A stretch of DNA of 63,071 nucleotides, the filler included, from Octopus bimaculoides (Eukaryota), in the NCBI RefSeq assembly GCF_001194135.2. It is 6 parts of 5 records of this genome, joined end to end, with 100 filler letters (N's around TTAATTAATTAA, not from the genome) between each part and the next. Parts side by side here need not be neighbours in the genome. Positions count along the whole stretch, not along the records: positions 25,274 to 32,811 come from NC_068981.1; positions 32,912 to 42,428 come from NC_068996.1; 4 more parts are not named here. One strand, 5' to 3'. Positions 25,359 through 38,190 of this stretch are shown here, piece by piece. Made by a program: the position numbers and the translations under genes. The first letter of the stretch is position 1; the number at the start of each line of letters is the position of its first letter. The notes under the pieces were generated by a model. The model had not been told where the DNA came from. It was given only the letters and a program-made list of their open reading frames with translations, and did not search any database.

Positions 25359-26014
25359 ACGCATTCGCATATTTACATAGGCGCAAACATATACACACGT
25401 TAGAGACACACAAACACACACATACACACACACACACACACATGAATACACACACACGTTGATAAAGCCATAAACATGTGCAAACAGGTATATATACATA
25501 AATTACAAATGCTGCAGGCTTTCATGCATAAATACCATCAGCAAAGATATGCGAAAAAAGTGTGTTGAGTACATTGGTATAAAAACCCAAGTACAATTAT
25601 ACAGAAATACATGTATTTGTATATAATCGCCTGTGCAAGCATCTCAAGAGTAGTGAGAAGTCCCCGCCTCCCGCATGAAGAGAACATTGTTGGAGATTGA
25701 GAAAAGTGTTCATCAATCTCACGAAAGAGAGAAACCAAAAACAGATAAAGAAGCCTGGGTTATAGAAAATATCAAGTCGATCCCTTTAATTTTGCCAAGG
25801 AATCGGCTTCAGTACGTCACTGGATAGGGCCCTTCTTCCAAAAAGGTAGCTCCCTCAAAGGAAATCCAATGAGAATAAGTGAAATACTGAATGAACAGTT
25901 CCAAAGTGTGTTCACTACTCCTCTGGGAGTGAATGAACCAGCAGAATTCTAGGCCAATTTACGTGAAACCAAAGAAGCGAAAATTGATTACATCAACATT
26001 AAAGATGTAACATT

Positions 26015-26182
26015 GGCTATAGATAAGGCTATAGATAAGGCTATAGATAAGGCTATAGATAAGGCTATAGATAAGGCTATAGATAAGGCTATAGATAAGG
26101 CTATAGATAAGGCTATAGATAAGGCTATAGATAAGGCTATAGATAAGGCTATAGATAAGGCTATAGATAAGGCTATAGATAA
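26015..26182. repeat. Perfect minisatellite (GGCTATAGATAA) x14
   Basis: 168 bp, 14 identical units, in frame with the LINE ORF (AIDK x14). Confidence 0.97.
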
Positions 26183-26508
26183 GGATGACACAAGCTCAGC
26201 TGCTGGTCCTGATGGATTCCCAGCGATCCTTCTCAAATCGTGCAAACTAGCCCTCGCAAAACTACTGTAGATTCTATTTTGAAGCTCTCTTGCAACTGAT
26301 AAACTCCCAGATAAACTGAAGGAAGGAATAATATGCCCTATCCACAAAGAAGGAAGCAGAGCAGATGCTAAAAATTATAGGCCTATGTCTCTGACCTCAC
26401 ACATCAGCAAAGTCATGGAACGAATAGTCCGCGAGAAAATAATCTCGTTCCTTGAAGAAAATGACTTGCTGTCTGACACTCAGCATGAATTTTGACAAGG
26501 CAGAGGCT

Positions 26509-26691
26509 CAGTTCTGTATTTAAGAGATGAGGAATTATGTACATTATTTACATTTGACGGATATTTGTCCTCATTTTGTTTGTTGTTAACACAACGTTTT
26601 GGCTGATATACACTCCAGCCTTCATTAGGTGACTTGGGAAAGTTTCGAACCTGGGTTCTCATTCCTAAGGTATTTTTCTATGTTGTTGTTG

Positions 26692-26744
<53 letters not shown>

Positions 26745-26873
26745 TGGGTCACTGCTTGGAATCGAACTCGGAATCTTGGGGTTAGTAACCCGCGCTCTTA
26801 ACTACTATGCCATATGCCCATGGACATACAACAAACAAGGTGAGGACAAATATTCGTCAAATGTAAATAATGT
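26509..26873 (-). mobile_element. tRNA-headed SINE family E, full length, with hammerhead-like tail and inverted tail piece at its 5' end
   Basis: On minus: inverted tail piece (26830-26873), head TGGGCATATGGCATAGTAGTTAAGAGC...GAGTTCGATTCC, (AAT)n, hammerhead-like segment (26585-26635), tail. Flanked by AAGGCAGAGGCT (26497-26508) and AAGGCAGGAGCT (26874-26885). Confidence 0.9.
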
Positions 26874-27329
26874 AAGGCAGGAGCTGCCTGACACAGCTCT
26901 TACAGCATTACAACTGGGTGTTAAAACAGATGCTAAACGACTCAAGTGTTGATGAGATATATATCGCAACTTTTAAAAAGCCTTTGATAATGTCGACCAT
27001 GGTATGATGTCACAAACTGCCTGATCTTGATATCCAGAAATTCCCACCCCAGCACTCATGACTTACAAAGCTGACCGACAAATATCTCTTTCCCTAAGTG
27101 TGCAATTTAAGTGCAACTAAAACAAAACAAAATAATAATGTTTTCTTTGTTTACCACTCATTGTTCATAAAAAAAACAAACATTGGGGACGGTACAGGAC
27201 AATACAATGTGGTGTTACATAAAGAAGCTTGTAAAAGAACGTGATTATTTTCTTGTGGACTATTCGTTCCATGACTTTGCTGATGTGTGAGGTCAGAGAG
27301 ATAGGCCTATAATTTTTAGTATCTGCTCT

Positions 27330-27965
27330 GTTTCCTTCTTCACCAAACCACGGTCGCCCTGACCACTAGAGCAAGCACCCTCTCCACATCATTCAGCAAG
27401 AGGCGCATGCATTGAGTAGGCCCGTTCAATCGGACCATTCCTGCCACTTTCACTCGCTTTTCAATAAAATTGCTGGAAGGCAGCACTTCCCTCACTGCCC
27501 TCACTTTCCTTTTCATATGAAACTTGAAAAAGTTGGGCAAAGAGGAAAGAATCTGTCTTCAAGCTCTTTCGATCTGGTCTACCACACAATCTCTTTCGCT
27601 AAGGCCACCAGACAAATAAACAATGCCTGCTCTTCCCGGCCAAAGGAAGGCGTCAGGACGGTCTTCACGATGGACTCAGCCAATAGCCGAATCCGTCCTA
27701 CACGCGATATCGGGTGTCTGATATCAACTCTCGAACTGAGTACTGGGCGAAAGCGTGCGGAACAGTTTCGTCACTCTGCGCGCATCTCGGGCAAGCTCGG
27801 CTGGCAGTACTTCTCTAACCGGCAATGCTTCCCGAAAGACCCCCGGAACAGACCAGTCAGTTGATTCTCGTCGACACGCAGAGTCTCCACGAGAATGTTG
27901 TCGCATTTGCTCACCAATAACCCTCTATAGAACGACAAAGTGGAACTTCCACCGGCCGCATTGCC
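27330..27965 (-). mobile_element. L1/Tx1-clade LINE, ORF2 C-terminal fragment
   Basis: VFREALPVREVL, LLAESIVKTVLTPSFGREEQALFICLVALAKEIVW and FFKFHMKRKVR. Parallels QLSAESIVNIAPPASLNKE in the 6.3-7.5 kb copy. Confidence 0.7.
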
Positions 27966-28019
27966 CGACTGTTTATATATATATAAAGAGATGAGCTGTG
28001 GAAGGGCGAGTGTGATCAA

Positions 28020-28486
28020 CCGTTTCATCGTCAAGGAAGCGCTTACGGAACTTCAGTTTTGGGATGATTCCTAGCAAGACCGCCTCAAGGGTTCAAGGTC
28101 CTTAATTCTGGATGGGTGTTTTCTCTGGATCTATGCTTTCTACAAACGGCCCTTTTCGCTCTCTGGCCAGAGTTTTGATAAACAGCTGATCAGTAGGCAG
28201 TGCTTCTACATATTTACGGAAACCACGTGTCTCTCATAAATATGGAACGATTTGACCGCGGCTACTCCAACAAAATCATTCCCATGACATGCAACGAACC
28301 TGTACACCCGCATGCTGCTGGAAAAAAATAATGGACGTGATTAGGCGTATGAGGTGGAAAGCTTTCTACGACGACCTAGCCGCACCACCTCCGGCAGGTA
28401 ACAACTATGGAATTAGATCGAAAAAACACCCATCCAGAATCAAGGACCTCGAACTCTTCGAGGCGGACTTGCTAGGAATCATCCCA
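28020..28486 (+). mobile_element. Penelope-like element 5' end (ORF start ~28242) with an upstream inverted copy of ORF sequence
   Basis: MERFDRGYSNKIIP / YTRMLLEKIMDVIRRMRWKAFY...YGIRSKKHP...LELFEADL matches the PLE N-terminal YSxKNIP...IxRMRWKA motif. 28060-28124 is the reverse complement of 28422-28486. Confidence 0.82.
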
Positions 28487-29881
28487 NNNNNNNNNNNNNN
28501 NNNNNNNNNNNNNNNNNNNNNNNNNNNNNNNNNNNNNNNNNNNNNNNNNNNNNNNNNNNNNNNNNNNNNNNNNNNNNNNNNNNNNNNNNNNNNNNNNNNN
28601 NNNNNNNNNNNNNNNNNNNNNNNNNNNNNNNNNNNNNNNNNNNNNNNNNNNNNNNNNNNNNNNNNNNNNNNNNNNNNNNNNNNNNNNNNNNNNNNNNNNN
28701 NNNNNNNNNNNNNNNNNNNNNNNNNNNNNNNNNNNNNNNNNNNNNNNNNNNNNNNNNNNNNNNNNNNNNNNNNNNNNNNNNNNNNNNNNNNNNNNNNNNN
28801 NNNNNNNNNNNNNNNNNNNNNNNNNNNNNNNNNNNNNNNNNNNNNNNNNNNNNNNNNNNNNNNNNNNNNNNNNNNNNNNNNNNNNNNNNNNNNNNNNNNN
28901 NNNNNNNNNNNNNNNNNNNNNNNNNNNNNNNNNNNNNNNNNNNNNNNNNNNNNNNNNNNNNNNNNNNNNNNNNNNNNNNNNNNNNNNNNNNNNNNNNNNN
29001 NNNNNNNNNNNNNNNNNNNNNNNNNNNNNNNNNNNNNNNNNNNNNNNNNNNNNNNNNNNNNNNNNNNNNNNNNNNNNNNNNNNNNNNNNNNNNNNNNNNN
29101 NNNNNNNNNNNNNNNNNNNNNNNNNNNNNNNNNNNNNNNNNNNNNNNNNNNNNNNNNNNNNNNNNNNNNNNNNNNNNNNNNNNNNNNNNNNNNNNNNNNN
29201 NNTATATATATATATATATATAAATATTTATATATGTATATGTATATATAAATGCATACGTACATATACGCATACACAATACATTTATATATGAGCATGT
29301 ATGTATGTATGTATGTATGAATAAGAATGTATGTTAATCAAGGAATCGACTCCAAAAGTAAAATAAATTTTCTATTAATCAAACAAGATTTTCTGCTGGT
29401 TTACCACCCTTCTACAATGCTAGTGCGATGTAAATGATAAAGAACTTCGGCATCGTTGATACTCTTTTTATTTAACGTTTCCGCCTACATCGTGACAATT
29501 GCCTACCGGTGTAAGGCGAAACCACTCTCACTATTTGTAGCATAGCACCGATTGTATTACGCTCATTAACTGTTGTTTTCTTTTCTTTTTTTTTGTTCAA
29601 ATTATTTTTCTTCTATTAATCTTTTTTTTTTTTTTTCGCTTTCCGCGCTGATTGATCTTATAAATGGCAAATAGATGCTACAGATGGCGCCAGTGGGTAA
29701 ATATTTCTTCTCTGAAAGAACTTGTGCTTCTTTTTGTTTCAAGAACTGGTCGCAAGGAAAAGTATTTTATACATACTGTTGTCTGATTCCGAATGTGGAA
29801 TACACGCGCGCGCGCGCACACACACACGCGCACTTATGTACATATTTGCATATTTATATGTATATTTATGCATACATTGAT

Positions 29882-29918
<37 letters not shown>

Positions 29919-30191
29919 TATATATATATACATATATATTATATATACGAACACATATATCCATCAGTACATTACATTACATTACACACATTCACCCGCG
30001 GCAATGGTTGAATAATATTGCTAGTCAACATTAACATTTTCGCTAAAAGTCTAACACCTCTAGCTAATCTAATCCCTGATCAAATAAAATACGCTTGGGA
30101 AAACAATCAGTGCAATGTTACATTTTAAAATTTAAAACAGAAAATTGATGGTGTATAAAATATTACGATAATCGAATCTGGACCTAGATAT

Positions 30192-30400
30192 ATATTGGTT
30201 TCAAATTTTGGCCCAAGGCCAGCAATTTCGAGGGTGAGGGTAAGTCTTTTACATCGACTTCAGTACTCAACTGGTACTTATTTTATCGACTTCGAAATGA
30301 TGAAAAGTAAAGTCGACCTCGGCAATATTTGAACTCAGAACATAAAGACAGAGGAAATTTCGCTAAACTCGGCGTAGTAATGATTCTACCAATGCGCCGC
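30192..30400 (-). mobile_element. tRNA-derived SINE family A, diverged
   Basis: Core tacatcgacttcagtactcaactggtacttattttatcgac...gtcgacctcggc...tttgaactcagaac is colinear with 14.7-15.1 kb. Confidence 0.8.
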
Positions 30401-31294
30401 ATTAACCTAGAAAAATATTACGAAATACTCAGTCTTGTTGTTTATACGTTTTCAGTTTTGTTCTCGACAAAGATGACAAAATTCATTTCAGCGATAGAGC
30501 TTCAAAATAAATTCTAGTTGTACACAAAGATCGATTTGTTCGTCCATGTTTCTTAGCAATTAAAACACCGAGTTATAATAAAATGTTTTAATATAGGGAT
30601 CGATGATTGTAACAACTTTAGTTCTTTCCTTCTGATAAAATAAGATCATAAAAGAAAAGAAAACAAAACAAACCAATAATAACAAAAATAGAATATCATT
30701 AGAAACTGAAACGTTCCAGCTCATTTAGAGAATCAAGTGGAAGAAAAAAAAACAAAAAACGAAAAAACAGGGAGAGATGAGTAACACAATTATAAGCACC
30801 ACAAAGTTCTCCAAAGTTGTGTGAGATAAGCGCTCCTAATATGTGAAATGACTGTGAAGGAAGGTGTGGTAGGAAGTTCCTATAGCTTGTGAAATCAACC
30901 GACCAAAAATGGTCTTAACAGCCCAACAGCCCGACCAACCATCCGACCGACCGACCGACCGACCGACTTCTCGACCGAATAAAAGAATGGGATGAGATAG
31001 CATAGATAAATGGGGTGGTCGAAGGAACGAGTCAGTGAAGGAACGAATGAATGTACAAAGAGGTGAAATAAAGAATTTGTTTTGAATGATTGTTAAAAGT
31101 ACCAGTAATAGGGTACATATACGCCTATGTCTGTGTGTATCATGTGTGTGTGTATGTGTGCGTGCATATGTGCGTGTGTGTACGAGTATGTGTGTGTGTG
31201 TATTTGAATGTGTGTCTGTGTGTGTGCGTGCGTGCGCACGTACGTGTTGTCTTGTAGTTTTCATGATTTTCATGACTAAGTCCCTCCTTAAAAG

Positions 31295-31990
31295 TTCGTG
31301 GACGTACCACACGTCTACCTCATCGGATGTTCATTGCCAAATATAAGTGAGGTCGAGCATTGTTATGGGGAATCTTCAGATTTTTGTTCGATCTCCTCTT
31401 CATGAATTCTCTTAGCATTTTGAATCTCACAGTACTGATCGTTGTTCAAGGTACAGTCACGTTCCATAAAATGAAGGAGAATAATGCCCTTTCCATCCAC
31501 CAAAGTAGTCTTCATGACTTTTTGTGATGTTTGCCAGTTTTTGAACTTCTTAGGATTTGGAGAAGGTGTGTGCTACCATTTCATAGTCTGAACCTTCGAT
31601 TCCAGAACACAAAAATATGCCTACATTTTATCCCCTATCAACAGATCGGAAAAAATCCCCTCATATCTTCAGAGTTTTCAAACGCTTTTAGCAGTTCTGA
31701 GCCGACTTCCACCCTTCTCTCTTTTAAATGGAGTGTCAACAGCCGAAGTACCCTCTTTACTCACACTTTCAGATATCAAAGTCTTCCACCAGCTTCTGTA
31801 AAGCATAATAATCACACTTTATTTGTGTAGCAGACTCGTGGATTGTGATTCGTCTTTCCGCGCTGTTCAATCCATTCATTCGCTAGCGATTCGTGTCAGT
31901 GGTCGCAGTTGATGGTCTCTCACTCCAAATTATATGCTGCACTGTCTTTGTCTTTTTGCCAGAAAGGAAATACTTTATTCAGGGACACAT
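31295..31990 (-). mobile_element. Mariner transposase relic (second lineage), many stops
   Basis: Minus strand: KRVLRLLT, ESKVQTMKW*HTPSPNPKKFK, KVMKTTLVDGKGIILLHF and NNDQYCE, typical of the mariner catalytic domain. Confidence 0.75.
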
Positions 31991-32753
31991 ATATCTATTT
32001 TGTAATCTGTTGGCTCATTGATCATGTATTTCTTTTGCATAAGAGAAAATCGTTTTGCCACTCGTTTCGTCAGTGGTTGACATAAATTATTTTCATGTAT
32101 GTAACCAGATATGTTTTCCTATGAGTAGAATTCTATATATTTATATTACTGTGTATGATATTCAGAAATAGAACCCTTCGTTTCTTATGGTTTTCTACTG
32201 AAGTTAATACACTTACATAATATTCTCATTACGTCTGTTAAATATTTATCTCTATTAATAAAATGTTGCTCATATTTTTCTTTAGTCACCAATTCTGAAA
32301 GTTGTGCCCTTTTGTCGAAGATTTATGGTTTTATGTATAATGCAGTACAGGTAGAGTGATTTGAAGGGGTGGTTAGTTTCAATGAAAACTGAAGAGATTA
32401 GTCAGAGCCAGTGTGTATGATGACTGATTGGCACACAAAATTTGCTGCATTGTTAGAATTGCAGATGAAAGCTGAAGATACTTACGAATATACTACGTTA
32501 TCTTTTTGCCAGAAAGCAGCACTTCGTCTAGGAATGCTAAATATATAGAATATGTATAGTATTTTCATATATGTATCAGTAAGTTTCTTTTTCTTTTTCG
32601 TTAAACACTTCACATTTCTATGTATAATAATCAGAAATAGAAATTCTCCATTCGTTAGAGGTTCCTTCTATATTTAATGCAGTTGCGAAATATTTGTCTG
32701 TATCTCGGACTCACACATTGATACAAACATACCTATATATATCTATTTACGTA

Positions 32754-32811
<58 letters not shown>

Positions 32812-32911
32812 NNNNNNNNNNNNNNNNNNNNNNNNNNNNNNNNNNNNNNNNNNNNTTAATTAATTAANNNNNNNNNNNNNNNNNNNNNNNNNNNNNNNNN
32901 NNNNNNNNNNN

Positions 32912-33060
32912 TCATCACCATCGCCATCATCATCATCATCACCATCGCCATCATCATCATCATCACCATCGCCATCATCATCATCATCACCATCGCCATC
33001 ATCATCATCATCACCATCGCCATCATCATCATCATCACCATCGCCACCATCATCATCATC
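32912..33060. repeat. 24-bp higher-order repeat (CATCACCATCGCCATCATCATCAT) ~x6
   Basis: Direct reading. Confidence 0.9.
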
Positions 33061-33534
33061 ATTAAATTATCATCATGAACAGCATCAATATCGTCAGTAT
33101 CGTCATTTACGATACAAGGCGCTGTTTTGTAGCAAAGCTATCTTTTTGATTTCGTTTTTGGATTTGGTTTGCAGGATTCTTTATGAGTTCGTGTGAAGAA
33201 GCATATTCTGTCAAAACTATTGAAAAGGTTGCAAGACGCAACAAAAATTTTAGAAAAATAATAAAGAAATAAGTGGAAATTTTACCGGTGAGTGTGTTTA
33301 ATTATAAGGCACAAAAAGAGAATAACTTTCCCCAGACACAACAGAATACCTTTTTAATATTTTCCATCCAAGTTGCACTGTCTTCCCCCCCCTCTTTCTC
33401 TCTCTCTCACTCACTCTCTCTCTCTCCCTCTCTCTCTCTCTCTATCTATCTATCTTCCTCACTGGGTCTCTCTCTCTCATACATACAATGCTACCGCTTT
33501 TTAAAAAGTATGATACTGAATATATATTGTGATC

Positions 33535-33825
33535 AATGCTTTCGCGCTTAACGGTTGAACGCATGTGGACTTGTTGCAAATATGCCTGTCCTTATCCGCG
33601 AAGATCGACCGTATCTCGAAAACCAGGCTGTTTTGGAACAGCCGGTCACCTCTTCCCCAATTCCAGATCAAGTAAGAGATACGATAATCCGAATGTAACT
33701 AAAAATGGGTTCTAAGGCACGTGCGTCGGAAATCCTGTTCTTGCTTACGGCTATCACATCCAAACCTAGTAATGTCAGGTCATCTTCCAGTAAGACCTGA
33801 AACCACGTACATTTATGCTACTCAC
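33535..33825 (-). mobile_element. L1/Tx1-type AP-endonuclease N-terminal relic
   Basis: SINVRGFRS, then (frameshift) LLEDDLTLLGLDVIAVSKNR, matching the xNVRG...DVxxxxETR start of APE domains. Confidence 0.65.
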
Positions 33826-34179
33826 TCTTAAGGACAGCATGCTAGTCGAAAGGTAACAGAGGTAAAAGGAATGGGGTTACTTAATCATTTGTTGTTCCTG
33901 GAAGCCGTAAGACTCACTTTTCATAGGGTTTTGGGTTTCGTTCAAAAGACCTTTATGCACCAAATGCTGGTTCAATATTTTATATGTCTCCAACTCCATC
34001 GGTATTTTTCTCAACTTATGTGAATCTTTGAAAATGCTGGACCTGAAACCCTCTATCTCGGTTTCGATATTTTCCTTCCTGCAATGAAATGTATCAACTT
34101 TTTGTTTGTACTACTCATTATTAGCACACACGTTCAGGTTGAGAAGGTGATGGGGGTGTGACCCATATCTAATTAGTAA

Positions 34180-37100
34180 CTTCCTTGTCTTTCTGTGTTA
34201 GCTGTTTAGTTCGGTTTATACAAGACAGGAGTTTCGGAAGAAACTTTGATTGTGACTGTGAAAATGAAGCTGGACCTTTAAGGGAAGGCATCTCCCTCGG
34301 CAGTGGTTCAGTAAAGATGCAGACTGATCACAGCTGTTATCCTAATACAGCATCAGCAGATAATAGAGTAAGGAGGAGAAAGTTGACCAACGAAGAAAAC
34401 AGGATAGTGATGCAGTGCTGCTTAGAAAGTGAACCTAAAAGAAAACGGCTGTTAACACTTTGGGTAGAGAAGGGTATGTAAAGTGACTGAACAGAGACTA
34501 GTTGATCAAGCTAATGCTATTAGGAGAAGAAAGTGGATGACAGAATTGGAGGGAGAAGAGATCGCAAGAGAACTGGAAAAGAAAGACCAGGCAGTGCGGG
34601 AAGAAAAAAACAACAACATAAGAGAGACAGCTCAAACCGAAGAACTTAATGGGAAAAATAACAATAGCACTACCAATAAGGAAGGGACAACTGGAACCAA
34701 CGACGTAAGTGATTTAAGTTGCAGGAAGTAATGAGTAAAGAAGTAAGTAAAAGAATACCAAGATTAAAAGGGACCAACAGAAGGAAGCTGTTAGATATCA
34801 CTAGGAAAGTAGATTCTGTTATTAGTAGGATAGATACTAAAAATATAGGTGACACTAAATTATTGATCTATGCAGGGGGGTAGTAGTTACTAGATTAGAT
34901 ATTTTACAAGGAAAGGTTTGGAAAGAGCAAATGTGGAAAAGTAGACTAAAAATAAAATGAAGACTTTAAGACAAGACCTGAGTGGAATACAAGCCTGGAA
35001 ACTGAACAAGTTGGGAAACACAAGATGCAAATCTCCCCTTGAGAAAAGATACGTCATCAAAGAGAAAGGATGTAGGACAGTAATAGAAGAGTTGAAACAG
35101 CGTATCATAGCAGTAGCAGGCAAGCTCTCCAGATATAAGAAAAGAATAGATCAGTATCAATAGAATAGATTATTTGAGACCGACCGGAGGAGATTTTATA
35201 ATACAATAAATAATGGAGAACGAAGTACTGAAGATGAGAAACATAACGCAGAAGTTAGAAAGTTCTGGAGTAATATTTCAGAATCCACTCAATCATAGTA
35301 TTGTTAAAGAAAATGTGGAAAGCAGTAGTGAGTGAGAATCAGCTAGATCTAAGGCTAACTAGTGCATTAATGAGTAAACTGTTAGGAAAAATGCCAAATT
35401 GGAAGGGCCCAGGATCAGATTTAGTTCAAGGGTACTGGCTAAAGAAATTCAGTAGTTTACATGGGGGGTGGGCGAGGAAATGAATTCAGGTTTGCCTTAA
35501 TGGAGGAATAATACCAGACTGGATGACTAGAGGGAGGACAATACTCATTATGAAAGATAAGAGCAAGGGTAATACAGCTGGAAACCATAGACCAATCACT
35601 TGCTTACCATTAGTGTGGAAGCTGTTAACAGGAATGCTTTCAGAAAGCACTTAAGAGCACCATGACAACCAGAATTTACTGCCAGAAGAACAGAAAGGTT
35701 GCTGGAAGAAGGCTAGAGGAACGCATGGTCTATTATATATAGACAAAGCAGTGCTAAATGAAGTAAAAGCTTGAAAGAAAAATCTAACAATAGCATGGTT
35801 AGATTATAGGAAAGCCTATGACATGATCCCACACTCATGGATAAGTGAATGTTTGAGTATGTTCAGAATAGCAGACAATAGGAAAGAATTAATTAGCTTT
35901 AGCATGAAGAAATGGAAAGTAGATCTCAACTCAGGCGACACACTCTTAGGGAATCTTGATATGAAGAGAGGAATTTTCCAAGGGGACTCATTGTCCCCTT
36001 TATTATTTGTCTTATGATCCACTTAAGGTGAGTATTGAGAAAAGCAAAAAGCAGGGTATCACTTCAGAAATAGAAAGGGAAAAAATTAACCATTTGTTCT
36101 ACATGGATGATCTGAAGCTTTTTAGTAAGAATGAAAACAGATAAATTACTTAATACAGACGGTAAGACTCTTCAGCAAAGATATAGGCATAAACTTTAGC
36201 GTAGATAAATGTACAATACTTGTCATGAGAAGGAGACAGGTAGTCAACAACGAAGGCATCCAATTACCAGATGGCCAGACATTAAAATCATTGAAAGGAG
36301 GAGAGAGCTATTAGTATCTAGAGGTATTAGAATCTGACAGAGTACTAACTTTAGAAATGAAAACCAAAATTGAGGAGTACATCAAAGCTAAATGACCCAA
36401 ATCTAGTGAAGGCTGTAAATACTTGGACAACATCATTACTTAGATGCTCAGCAACTTTTGTAGATTGGAAACGATCTGAATTAGCAAAGCTAGACAGAAG
36501 AACAAGGAAGGAATTCAATATGAATGGACGACTCCACCGAAGATCAGGAGTAGCAAGATTATACTTAGCTAGAAAGAAAGGTGGAAGAAGATTAGTATCA
36601 GTAGAAGGCTGCGTGGAGTTAGCGAGAGTAGATATAGATCCTACGTAAGTAATAGTGAAGAAAGTTTATTAAAAGCTACTAAAATAGGGAAGACATAGGG
36701 AAACCAAAAACCCAAACGAAGTTAAAAACCAGAAAAAAGAAAAGAAATTATTTGACTGACAGGAGAAGGTGAAGCATGGTAGATTCTCTAAGATAGTTGC
36801 AGCAAATAGTAGTAGTGAGACATAGCTATGGTTGTAGAAAGGAAGGCTGAGAAGGGAGACAGAGAGGTTGTTAGTTGCAGCATAAGATCAAGCATAAAGG
36901 ACTAATTGGATAAAAGCCAAGATAGCCAAACACCAAGTAGATTCCCAATGGAGATTATGCAAATCAAAAGAGGAAAGCATTACTCATATAGTAAGTGAAT
37001 GTAGCATGCTGGCACAGAAAGAATACAAGAAAAGACATGACAACTTAGGGAGAGTAATCTATTGGGAGTTATGTAGAAAGTTAAGATTTGAAATTACTGG

Positions 37101-37592
37101 TAAATGGTATGAACATGAACTTTGTAAAGCACTAGTAAATAGAAAAGTACTAGTAAAGTGGGGAATACAAGATGTGAGACTTTAACATTCAGACTGACAG
37201 AGTAATAGAAGCTAGAAGGCCTGATTTAATAGTAATAGACAAAGCGAATAGAAAATGCCAGATAATTGACTTTACAATCCAGTCCTAATATGAGAAGCAT
37301 AGAAAAAATAACAAAGTACCAGGACCTAGTCATTGAATTACAGATACTATGGAAAGTGCGGGTAAAATGTATCCCAGTATTTGTAGGTGCATTTGGGAAC
37401 TATCCCTAAAGATCTGAACAGATGGATAGAGGAAATAGGCATTAAAACCCAATTTAGTACAGTTCCAGAAAACTGTGTTATTAGGGACAGTTAGGATACT
37501 TAGGAGGGTTCTTGGCATCTAAGGTTACTTTTTGTAGCCCGATGCTAGGATCGTTTCCTTTTCCAACAGTGTAATCTGTTGTGTGTATATGA
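34180..37592 (+). mobile_element. R4/Dong-like RLE non-LTR retrotransposon, near full length, inactivated
   Basis: N-terminal RKLTNEENRIVMQC...EQRLVDQA. RT motifs [45 protein letters not shown] and YMDDLKL (~36100). CCHC motif LCKSKEESITHIVSEC. RLE motif RRPDLIVID...IIDF. Ends VLLGTVRILRRVLGI*, short UTR, then (AAT)n. The 5' border is approximate. Confidence 0.95.

Positions 37593-38189
<597 letters not shown>

Positions 38190-38190
<1 letters not shown>

Larger units (their letters stand above)
25640..27035 (+). mobile_element. CR1/L2-group LINE ORF2 fragment (linker and RT N-terminal half), interrupted by a SINE and a 12-mer array
   Basis: ISEILNEQFQSVFT, AAGPDGFPAILLKSCK, NYRPMSLTSHISKVMERIV and QHEF*QG, then after the insertion RSCLTQLLQHYNWV and KAFDNVDHG. 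Confidence 0.9.

Noticed and set aside
26015-26182. CRISPR-like or coding AIDK repeat protein
   Set aside because: There are no spacers, the context is eukaryotic and the host ORF is a dead LINE. It is a plain minisatellite.
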